The position numbers and the translations under genes were made by a program. 64,000 bases of DNA, taken from a virus. Position 1 is the stretch's first letter. Every line of letters begins with the position of its first letter. The stretch is from positions 17,375 through 81,374 of the IMG/VR virus record IMGVR_UViG_3300045988_077266; one strand, 5' to 3'. This document shows, piece by piece, positions 19,027-26,335 of this stretch. Below the pieces are notes generated by a model. That model had not been told where the DNA came from and ran no database searches. It was given only the letters and a program-made list of their open reading frames with translations.

Positions 19027-21636
19027 TTATAGACCACTAAAATCGTCAGACCCTTGTGCCCCAAGGGTTTCAGAGGTTGCAACCGCCAAACTTTTCCGTT
19101 CTCTGGTTTTTTGGCGGTTGCCCTCTACATAACACTCGTCAGAGCAATAAACATCTTGGTTGCCACGTTTAGGCTCAAATCTGCACCCACAAATGGGACA
19201 CACTTTGCCGCTAACATTGTCCTTGAGATTAGCAACAATGACATCCCCAAAACAAGCCCACAGCATTTTCTTTGTGCTAGTCTTTTGTACAGTATAAAGA
19301 TAAGCCACAAGAGTATTCACCACATAATCAAGTTCTGCCCCTGTTTCTTCAAGAATCTTATCTCGGATGTATTGATACATGAACAAATCTTCTTGATTGC
19401 TGTGATTTTCATCTTCGGCCTTAAACAAATAGTTCTGGTGAGTATTGTAATACTTATACCGCTCAACAATTTTACTATTCTCTCGAATGTCAAAACCAAT
19501 ATCTTGTTTCATTAGCATCCGATAATCAAATCGACCAATCGTCTTACAATACCGAATGTTTCTGTCTGGAATAGATAGACTTAGCCGATTCATAGCCGAT
19601 TCATTCGCTTGCTCGACTTGATGTGGTAATTTATCTTTAGCGAATTGAAAGAAGTGAGGCACGTTCGCCTTTGTATAAGATTTAATAATTTTATCAATTT
19701 CCTTGGGGCGAGTAGGAATATATAAAGTCTTAGCCGCATCGATGACAAAGTTGTTTTCCATGCACAGCCAACGCACAACATCAACCTCTTGTTGCCCCAC
19801 ATGGCCATTGTTCCAAATCTTAGTAATATTGTTACTGATAGGCCCTATGTTACCAGTTGTATAAGCTTTAGTCATCCCATCATATAGCGCCTGATTGCTT
19901 AACTCGCCGCCTTTGGCCTTTTTCATCTCGTAATATAAAGGCACTATATTTTGCATATTGCGTTTAGCAATCTTGGTTAAAACCTTATCTTTAATAACCA
20001 ATGTTTTATCGCCATCAACGTCAAACTGAAGAATCCTTGAGATTGTATCATGGCAACTTGTGTACACACACTTGGTCATACCAAACCACTTATCCAGTTC
20101 TTCGTTCCGAACGTTATTTCTAATCGGCCATTCACGATATAAGTGGGGGCTTCTTAAACAAGCTAACTCATCGCTATCACGATAATCTCTACAATAGACT
20201 TGGCCATCCTCTAACAATCCCTTGGGGTTTTGTTCACCCAAAAACAACCACTCGCAAAACGCATACAAATCAGGGCTAAGAAAGGTATAGTGACCATTAA
20301 CTCTAAGCCGACCAGCCTTAGCTTGTTTAACTAAACTCTTTTTAGTCTGCTTTAACACATCTCGTGAATACTGGTCTCTGAACAATTCAGGGTATATTGT
20401 TAAAGCCTCTTGAAAGCAACTCTTGTCTGTGTTATAGTCTGTGGCCCCAAGCAGTCTCATGGTTGTTTGGTAATCAGAGCCAATCATTTCAATTTCATCG
20501 ACTGTTTGTTTGGTTAACTTAGCTATCTCATCGTCTGTCATATCAGTTAGTGTCTGAAGCATCTGATAGTTGATTCTGGCCTTTGGAATATAATCTTCTT
20601 CGATATTGCAATAACAAGCCTCACAGCCGAAATGCTTAAACTTCTCTTTATAACATTCCCAACTGTTGTAATACTTGGCCATCTTAAACTGGCTTTTAGT
20701 AAAGATATACTTTATGCCCTCAGCGATAATATTATGCTCATTGCCATAAATATCACAAACAGTGGCCTCGCCCCCGCATTTTTCTTGAATGAACTTATCA
20801 AACGGAAAATTAACCAGCAACCCCTTGACCCAAGGCAATCTTACCATTCTGGTCTTTGCGCCCAATACCATGCCACAGCCATCCGTATGGGGAATTGACA
20901 CGCCCATCTCTTTGCGCTCAATCTGGTAAGTAATATCGCTGATATAATCTACAAGACCGGGGACAAGAGTTTCAAAGTCATCTACAACAATAGACTTGTC
21001 AATGTCAAAATCTTCCCAAACATCTGTCGCAGAGTTGTTAAGAGCAAGATAAGCAAGGAATTTATTTGGGTTGATTCCTCCGCAATAGTTTATCTGGTCA
21101 GTAGTAAGGCCACAAGTCAGCCGACCCGCCACCTCATCATAAGCCGATTCTTTAACAAAAACCGCCCTTTTTGTACGGATTTGTCCAGCAGAGGCCGTCA
21201 AGAATATATATCTCTCACCATTGTACTCAAATCCATCAAGCACCAGATTCTTAAACACCTGAAAGAAATAAACATTGATAACCATAATAGCGTCAGTTAG
21301 TTCATTTTGCTTTAACTGCAACGCACGAGTCAAGCTACTTTCAAACAATGAGATAACATTTTTTGTGTTTAAGACATCAGGATTAAGTTTTCTTGGTGTT
21401 CTATCTTCAGCCCTATCATCAAGAATTTTTGACAATTCGGATTTTTTCTTAGACAATACTCTGTTGATAGCAGATTTTTTCCAAGCTAAATCTTTACCAC
21501 CCCATTTGTCCTTATCTTTATATTTTTTTCTAAGTTGGTAAAGCCCCAACATCTGCTTGTGATAAGATTGCTCTATTGGCTCATAAAATGCGTCCGTCCC
21601 AATAGACCACGCAAAAACTTGACGTGACAGGCTCAT
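19027..21636 (-). CDS. YonO/RdRP-like two-barrel single-subunit RNA polymerase
   Basis: 869 aa. It contains FDVDGDK (DVDGD at 20008-20022), LRSPHLY upstream of that, FLTASAGQIRTKR (compare the SQlR motif of the RdRP family), and a C-terminal CPICG...CSDEC zinc ribbon. Confidence 0.55.
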   Translation of the reverse strand: MSLSRQVFAWSIGTDAFYEPIEQSYHKQMLGLYQLRKKYKDKDKWGGKDLAWKKSAINRVLSKKKSELSKILDDRAEDRTPRKLNPDVLNTKNVISLFESSLTRALQLKQNELTDAIMVINVYFFQVFKNLVLDGFEYNGERYIFLTASAGQIRTKRAVFVKESAYDEVAGRLTCGLTTDQINYCGGINPNKFLAYLALNNSATDVWEDFDIDKSIVVDDFETLVPGLVDYISDITYQIERKEMGVSIPHTDGCGMVLGAKTRMVRLPWVKGLLVNFPFDKFIQEKCGGEATVCDIYGNEHNIIAEGIKYIFTKSQFKMAKYYNSWECYKEKFKHFGCEACYCNIEEDYIPKARINYQMLQTLTDMTDDEIAKLTKQTVDEIEMIGSDYQTTMRLLGATDYNTDKSCFQEALTIYPELFRDQYSRDVLKQTKKSLVKQAKAGRLRVNGHYTFLSPDLYAFCEWLFLGEQNPKGLLEDGQVYCRDYRDSDELACLRSPHLYREWPIRNNVRNEELDKWFGMTKCVYTSCHDTISRILQFDVDGDKTLVIKDKVLTKIAKRNMQNIVPLYYEMKKAKGGELSNQALYDGMTKAYTTGNIGPISNNITKIWNNGHVGQQEVDVVRWLCMENNFVIDAAKTLYIPTRPKEIDKIIKSYTKANVPHFFQFAKDKLPHQVEQANESAMNRLSLSIPDRNIRYCKTIGRFDYRMLMKQDIGFDIRENSKIVERYKYYNTHQNYLFKAEDENHSNQEDLFMYQYIRDKILEETGAELDYVVNTLVAYLYTVQKTSTKKMLWACFGDVIVANLKDNVSGKVCPICGCRFEPKRGNQDVYCSDECYVEGNRQKTRERKSLAVATSETLGAQGSDDFSGL

Positions 21637-21755
21637 TCACTAATCCATCCAATCCATTCTTCTAAAGTCGGCTCATATATCTCATCCCAAATTTCTGGCT
21701 CAGTCTCTTGACCTGTTTGGGTATATACTTCATAGCTCATCTCTTGCCACAGCAT
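21633..21755 (-). CDS. small acidic hypothetical protein
   Basis: Start trimmed to MLWQEMSYEV..., which has a GGGGAGTAGGTGAG RBS. The longer ORF would begin inside the -35 hexamer. It overlaps the RNAP gene start by 4 nt. Confidence 0.45.
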   Translation of the reverse strand: MLWQEMSYEVYTQTGQETEPEIWDEIYEPTLEEWIGWISE

Positions 21756-21792
21756 AATCTCACCTACTCCCCTTGGCGATTTTTCTAACTTG

Positions 21793-21821
21793 ATTATACC
21801 ATGTTTTGTGCAATTTGTCAA
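21793..21821 (-). promoter_or_regulatory. sigma70-type promoter of the RNAP/HU/phosphoesterase operon
   Basis: Minus strand: TTGACA aattgcacaaaacatgg TATAAT with a 17-bp spacer and a TG-extended -10. Confidence 0.65.
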
Positions 21822-21860
21822 GTATTATTTTGTTCACAACAAGTATTATTTTGTTCACAA
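21819..21860. repeat. perfect 21-bp tandem direct repeat (caagtattattttgttcacaa x2)
   Basis: Identical copies at 21819-21839 and 21840-21860. The first copy overlaps the -35 of the leftward promoter. Confidence 0.9.
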
Positions 21861-21869
21861 TTTGTTAAC

Positions 21870-21898
21870 TTGACAAATAGACTATTTTATGTTATAAT
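21870..21898 (+). promoter_or_regulatory. sigma70-type promoter, rightward, upstream of an AT-rich ORF-free stretch
   Basis: TTGACA aatagactattttatgt TATAAT with a 17-bp spacer. Confidence 0.5.
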
Positions 21899-22119
21899 AA
21901 AAATAGAATATATATAAATATATATAAATATATATATTATTATAATTTATATAATCTTATTAATCTTAATCTATGTATTCACATATAAGGGTATTCACAT
22001 ATACTTTAACATATATATTTTATATTGTCAAGTATATATAGAATTTTAATTTTAATATATTAGACTGCGTAAGCAGGATAATATATTAAAAGAAAAATTC
22101 AAGTAAAAAGAAAATTTAC

Positions 22120-22148
22120 TTGACATTCTCTCGCCATTGTGCTATACT
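22120..22148 (+). promoter_or_regulatory. sigma70-type promoter of the rightward early operon
   Basis: TTGACA ttctctcgccattgtgc TATACT with a 17-bp spacer. Confidence 0.65.
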
Positions 22149-22176
22149 TGCCTTGAAAGGCGAAAGAGGTGAAAAT

Positions 22177-22416
22177 ATGGCAAGAACAAAACAACTGAAC
22201 CTTGTTGTCCGGTTTAATGGAACGCCCTATGTAATTAATGACCTTGGACTTGATAAATCTCCTCGTTTTGAGCTTTACAACGAGACAACCAAAGCCGTTG
22301 AAGCCAAATCAGACAATCCGAGAGATTTTGACAATATCGTGTGGAAGGAAGATATGGATGATGAATTTTCTGAAGCGCCTAAAAGCAGAAAGAGCAGAGG
22401 AAGAAAAGAAACTTGA
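22177..22416 (+). CDS. hypothetical protein
   Basis: Start trimmed to MARTKQLN..., which has an AAAGAGGTGA RBS. 79 aa. Confidence 0.5.
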   Translation: MARTKQLNLVVRFNGTPYVINDLGLDKSPRFELYNETTKAVEAKSDNPRDFDNIVWKEDMDDEFSEAPKSRKSRGRKET

Positions 22417-23491
22417 AGAACTTAAACAAAAACAATTCGTCCTCAAAAACAGTATTGATGAGCTAACCGTTCAAAACGCCAAACTTAAACAAGAGAACCA
22501 GTCTTTCCAGTTCGTTACTGCTGGGTTTAATACTCTTGAAGAAGTTGGCTATGAACGTTATGCCCCCACCACACCAGACGATATTCTTGAAGGCAATATT
22601 TATTTGGCTGAAAACAAAATGGCAGAAATGGCTGGCAAAGGCACTATCATCCAATACAACAGGATTTATCGTATTGATGGGTCTGAGGCTAAAGGCAAAA
22701 AGTTTCAAGAGGCGTTTGGTAAGAATTTGCTTATTGGATTCAATATTTATGTCCAAACCAAAACAAAATCTATCACAGATGGAAACTATTATCGCACCTG
22801 TGATTTAATTAAAAAGTCTTTCGACAAGTATAATAAACAAGGCGAGATGTTAGGCATCAGTCTAAACCCATGTTATCTTAATCTTCGCCTTGAAATCCTG
22901 CAATACACACTTGAGTTAAAGATTAAAAAAGCCAAAGAAAAAGTTCAACTTCGTGAAGAACGTAAGCGGATGCGAGAACAAGAAAAACTATTAGAAGAAA
23001 TCGCCAAAGAGCAAGAACAACTTGAAAAAGAACGCAAATCTATGGATATTGCTTTTGCTAAGGCTTTGACCGATGAAGAACGTGAATTAATCAAGTCTAA
23101 AATGAACGATATTGATAAGCGGATGGATAACTTAAAATATCGCCGTGAACATAGTAATGCTGGTTGGCTATATGTGATTAGTTCTCCAAGTTTACCCAAT
23201 ATGGTAAAAATCGGTTGTACCAGAAGATTGGTGCCTACAATTCGTGTAAAGGAACTCAGCTCGTCATCGTTGCCTTATGCGTTCAGAACACATGGCTTTG
23301 TGTTTAGTGATAATTGTTTTGAACTTGAAACACAAATGCACCATTATTTTGATGACAAACGTGTAGCCCCTGACAGAGAGTTCTTTTATATCTTGCCCCA
23401 AGAGGCCATTAGTGTGCTAAAGAATAAATTTAACCAAGAAGTCCATTTTGAGGATGTTGAGAATAATCATGAACAAGACTCAGATTGCTGA
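22358..23491 (+). CDS. coiled-coil protein with C-terminal T5orf172/MUG113 (GIY-YIG-like) domain
   Basis: Start trimmed to MMNFLKRL..., which has a GGAAGGAAG RBS. The C-terminus (GWLYVISSPSLPNMVKIGCTRRL...RVKELS...) matches the T5orf172 pattern. The N-terminal part is DUF4041-like coiled coil (from memory). Confidence 0.55.
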   Translation: MMNFLKRLKAERAEEEKKLEELKQKQFVLKNSIDELTVQNAKLKQENQSFQFVTAGFNTLEEVGYERYAPTTPDDILEGNIYLAENKMAEMAGKGTIIQYNRIYRIDGSEAKGKKFQEAFGKNLLIGFNIYVQTKTKSITDGNYYRTCDLIKKSFDKYNKQGEMLGISLNPCYLNLRLEILQYTLELKIKKAKEKVQLREERKRMREQEKLLEEIAKEQEQLEKERKSMDIAFAKALTDEERELIKSKMNDIDKRMDNLKYRREHSNAGWLYVISSPSLPNMVKIGCTRRLVPTIRVKELSSSSLPYAFRTHGFVFSDNCFELETQMHHYFDDKRVAPDREFFYILPQEAISVLKNKFNQEVHFEDVENNHEQDSDC

Positions 23492-23780
23492 ACTTATCCA
23501 ACGCCGTAGATTACAATTGCTTGTGCATAGTTGTATTTACTACGCATACAATGAAAATCTTGTAACAGATGACACATGGACTAAATGGGCTTTAGAACTT
23601 GAGGAGTTGCAAGCCCAATATCCAGAGATTGCTAACAAGGATAGATGGGCTGAAGCTTTTAAAGGTTTTAACCACAGCACTGGTTATAATCTACCTTTTG
23701 AAGAAATTGGAATTAGGTCAAAAGCAATTCAGTTACTAAGATATGCAGAAAAACGAAAGGAACAAAACAAGTATGTTTAA
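23469..23780 (+). CDS. hypothetical protein resembling the N-terminal (Ia) helical region of NAD-dependent DNA ligases
   Basis: IYYAYNENLVTDDTWTKWALELEELQAQYPEI resembles the YY..P.isD.eYD.L..eL..lE..yP pattern. Start is uncertain (23448/23454/23469). Confidence 0.35.
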   Translation: MNKTQIAELIQRRRLQLLVHSCIYYAYNENLVTDDTWTKWALELEELQAQYPEIANKDRWAEAFKGFNHSTGYNLPFEEIGIRSKAIQLLRYAEKRKEQNKYV

Positions 23781-23937
23781 GGCTATTTTTTATCCAGGCC
23801 CATGCTATGCCCCAATGCTTGTTACAGTTTGCAACGTTAGAGATGACAAGAGGGGCTACCCACATTTTCTTGTTTACATTGATAATCAATGGCGTTATAT
23901 TAGCGCAAAATATTTTAAACTGGATAAGGAGAATTAA
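23773..23937 (+). CDS. small hypothetical protein
   Basis: 54-aa ORF (MFKAIFYPG...) with a weak RBS, packed between neighbours. Confidence 0.35.
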   Translation: MFKAIFYPGPCYAPMLVTVCNVRDDKRGYPHFLVYIDNQWRYISAKYFKLDKEN

Positions 23938-23938
23938 C

Positions 23939-24409
23939 ATGACACACGAAAATTTTAAAAAACTGCTTGAGGAACTTGACGGCAACGCCTCTGGAACCTT
24001 GGCCGAAAAGAACGCTCGTTATTCCAGCTCTGATGACGCTCTACATAACTTTAAGTCTGGCGCAGAAATCATGGGTGGTACACCGGCTCAAGCCTGTTGG
24101 GGATATTTAACTAAGCACCTCACAGCCCTTAGAGATATGATTCAGCGTGACGATTTTAGTAACCGTGATGACTTTCTTGAGAAGGTTCAAGATTCTATGA
24201 ATTACCTGCGATTTATTTGGGCGTTGGGTAATGAGAGTTTAGAAAATAAGTTTATTGGGACAAATGATGACCTTGAAACTTGTTATGATTGTATCTATTT
24301 AACAGTAGGTGAAGATAATTTTCCATGTGCCAAATGTAAAGGAACTGTTGTTCCTACTAATAAAGAATATAAAACCAGATTAAATTATTATAAAAAACTT
24401 GACAATTAA
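23939..24409 (+). CDS. all-alpha MazG/DUF1599-like nucleotide-binding protein with C-terminal zinc ribbon
   Basis: Start at MTHENF..., which has an AAGGAG RBS. EKNARYSSSDDALHNFKSGAEI...CWGYLTKHLTALRDM resembles the DUF1599/MazG-like pattern (from memory). It also has CYDC...CAKC. Confidence 0.4.
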   Translation: MTHENFKKLLEELDGNASGTLAEKNARYSSSDDALHNFKSGAEIMGGTPAQACWGYLTKHLTALRDMIQRDDFSNRDDFLEKVQDSMNYLRFIWALGNESLENKFIGTNDDLETCYDCIYLTVGEDNFPCAKCKGTVVPTNKEYKTRLNYYKKLDN

Positions 24410-24427
24410 CCCCAATCATGTTATAAT
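24399..24427 (+). promoter_or_regulatory. sigma70-type promoter upstream of the dCMP deaminase gene
   Basis: TTGACA attaaccccaatcatgt TATAAT with a 17-bp spacer. Confidence 0.6.
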
Positions 24428-24447
24428 ATCCTCAAAGGAGCGATACT

Positions 24448-24879
24448 ATGACACAGTTTCACAATACAAAAATTATTAGATACTTGAAAATGGCGAAAGA
24501 AGCCAGTAAACAGTCTAACTTTAAACAGCATCACTTAGGTGCTGTAGCAATTTATAAAGGCAGTTTGCTGGCCACAGGCCACAACAGTACAAAGACAAAC
24601 CCCCGACAGAAAGAGTTTAACCGTGAGCGTGGTTGGGATGTTGAGGCCAGTGATGCTCATAATACTGTTCATGCTGAAATGGCTTGTTTGAGCAAGATTA
24701 GATACCTTGACATTGACTTTAGTAAAGTTAAGCTCTATGTTTATCGTGAACATAAGAATGGGGTTAAAGCTCTTGCAAGACCATGCCCAGCTTGTCAAAA
24801 GATGATTAAGGATATGGGGATTAAAGAAGTTTGGTTTACAACAGAGAATGGTTTTGGATATGAATGGATGGAGGATTAA
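24448..24879 (+). CDS. dCMP (deoxycytidylate) deaminase
   Basis: Zinc-binding motifs HAEM(ACL) and PCPACQKMI at typical spacing. 143 aa with an AAAGGAG RBS. Confidence 0.75.
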   Translation: MTQFHNTKIIRYLKMAKEASKQSNFKQHHLGAVAIYKGSLLATGHNSTKTNPRQKEFNRERGWDVEASDAHNTVHAEMACLSKIRYLDIDFSKVKLYVYREHKNGVKALARPCPACQKMIKDMGIKEVWFTTENGFGYEWMED

Positions 24880-24881
24880 TA

Positions 24882-25016
24882 ATGAAGTGGAAAGATTGGT
24901 TGCCGTTTATTTTTTATTGCTTAGTTGTTGTTGGATGTATTGTGTTTGTCATTTTTTATATTAAAAGCATTGTAACTGCGGATATTCCGGTCTGGTTAAA
25001 ATTATTTTTATTGTGA
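24882..25016 (+). CDS. small membrane protein
   Basis: 44-codon ORF (MKWKDWLPFIFYCLVVVGCIVFVIFY...) with one hydrophobic helix. It starts 2 nt after the upstream stop. Confidence 0.35.
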   Translation: MKWKDWLPFIFYCLVVVGCIVFVIFYIKSIVTADIPVWLKLFLL

Positions 25017-25028
25017 GAGGTAAGTAAA

Positions 25029-25217
25029 ATGGCTGAATACAAACTGAAACCATGCCCGTTCTGCGGATATAAGGGGGTAGAGATACTTGCGGATGATAAT
25101 GAATATTTGTACTATCGATACTTCTCACAGTGTCAGAGATGCGGTGCAGGTGCAAAGCGAGGCCACACAAAAGAAGATGCTGCTAAGGCGTGGAACAGGA
25201 GGGCTGACAATGGCTGA
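25029..25217 (+). CDS. Lar-family restriction alleviation-like zinc-ribbon protein
   Basis: KPCPFCG...CQRCGAGA...EDAAKAWNRR matches the Lar family pattern as I recall it. Confidence 0.55.
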   Translation: MAEYKLKPCPFCGYKGVEILADDNEYLYYRYFSQCQRCGAGAKRGHTKEDAAKAWNRRADNG

Positions 25218-25506
25218 CATTAAGACAAAACTGAATGTTGGAGATACCGTTTGGTGGGTGCATTGTTCAAACAAAATATACAAGGGGACAGTCGAAGAAA
25301 TTTCATGCTGTGACTATCAAGGGGCACTGTACTGCCAAATTTACAGCCCGTCTTTTAGGCGGAATCCGTATCCGACCGTGCATTATTCTAACGTTTTCAA
25401 GTCCAAGGATGATGCAAAAGAATTTGCAGAGTATCAAAAAGAAAACCCTGACGATGTATTCCCCAAGTGTATGGAGTGTCACTACAATGCGTTCAAGGAG
25501 GGCTGA
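25210..25506 (+). CDS. hypothetical protein
   Basis: Start at MADIKTKL..., inside the repeated junction AGGAGGGCTGACAATGG. Confidence 0.5.
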   Translation: MADIKTKLNVGDTVWWVHCSNKIYKGTVEEISCCDYQGALYCQIYSPSFRRNPYPTVHYSNVFKSKDDAKEFAEYQKENPDDVFPKCMECHYNAFKEG

Positions 25507-25508
25507 CA

Positions 25509-25776
25509 ATGGATGACTACATTAAGCGGGAAGCAGTGCTTATGAAACTAATGCAGGACAGGTGTAGTGCAAAAAAACTTACAATCCATCTTGGATGTAC
25601 CCGTCGCTGATGTTGCCCCGGTGGTGCATAGCCACTGGGAGTACAAAATTACAGATGACGGAGAAAATATTGGTATTTGTCATAACTGCAAATATCCTGT
25701 TAGCTGGTTTTGGGAACAAGCAAAATACTGCCCCAACTGCGGGGCCAAGATGGAGGTAGACCATGAGGATGATTGA
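25509..25776 (+). pseudogene. small zinc-ribbon protein gene interrupted by a frameshift at an A7 run
   Basis: ATG 25509 (MDDYIKREAVLMKLMQDRCSAKK...) runs out of frame at A7 (25571-25577). The ORF 25567..25776 (…NLQSILDVPVADVAPVVHSHW…CPNCG) continues in the -1 frame relative to the ATG-25509 frame. Removing one A joins the two. Confidence 0.5.
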
Positions 25777-26017
25777 TGCAGATGAACTGGAAAAGAAATG
25801 GACTATTGCAAGTCCAGAGCCATACAACATAGATGCAGTAGAAGTGCTTGACTCGATTAGAAATATGCCAACTATTGACGCTGTGCCTGTTGTGCGCTGT
25901 AAGGACTGTAAATACCGTGATGGCACTCCGGGTCAGCCTAACATCCTGTGCGGCAATATGCACGATGATGACTTTTGTAACTACGGAGAGAGAAAGGATA
26001 AAGCCAATGAATCTTGA
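25763..26017 (+). CDS. small Cys-rich protein, paralog-like to the preceding gene
   Basis: MRMIDADELEKKW...MPTIDAVPVVRCKDCKY shares the (I/V)xA(A/V)(D)VxPVV motif with 25509..25776. Confidence 0.5.
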   Translation: MRMIDADELEKKWTIASPEPYNIDAVEVLDSIRNMPTIDAVPVVRCKDCKYRDGTPGQPNILCGNMHDDDFCNYGERKDKANES

Positions 26018-26318
26018 ATGGAATGTCTGGCGAGATGAACTTAACACAAATAAAATTCAGCCGTTTAATGTTTTCAATCATTATAGCTTTAATAAAGCTG
26101 TAATTAACATCTTTAACAAACGCCTACGCATAGATGAATTCGAGAAAATGATAGACAAAGAGGTCATGTATTATTTCTGGTGTAGGGCTGAATATGAGGT
26201 TATGATTGGCGGTTTATTTGAGAGAGGGCAAAAGGCCAAGATTGATATTTATAGCCAGTTAAAGTTGAACTGGGATAGGTTTATTGATTATTTGTGGAAT
26301 GAATACACATCAAAATAA
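26007..26318 (+). CDS. hypothetical protein
   Basis: Start trimmed to MNLEWNVW... 103 aa. Confidence 0.45.
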   Translation: MNLEWNVWRDELNTNKIQPFNVFNHYSFNKAVINIFNKRLRIDEFEKMIDKEVMYYFWCRAEYEVMIGGLFERGQKAKIDIYSQLKLNWDRFIDYLWNEYTSK

Positions 26319-26335
26319 ATCAAAGGAGAGAATGG

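Noticed and set aside
21756-21821. The first 22 codons of ORF 21633..21821.
   Set aside because: They span the -35/-10 elements of the leftward promoter. The ORF was trimmed to the ATG that has an RBS.
22238-22357. N-terminal extension of the T5orf172 ORF as given in the track.
   Set aside because: It overlaps most of the upstream gene in another frame. An internal ATGATG with a good RBS is the more plausible start.
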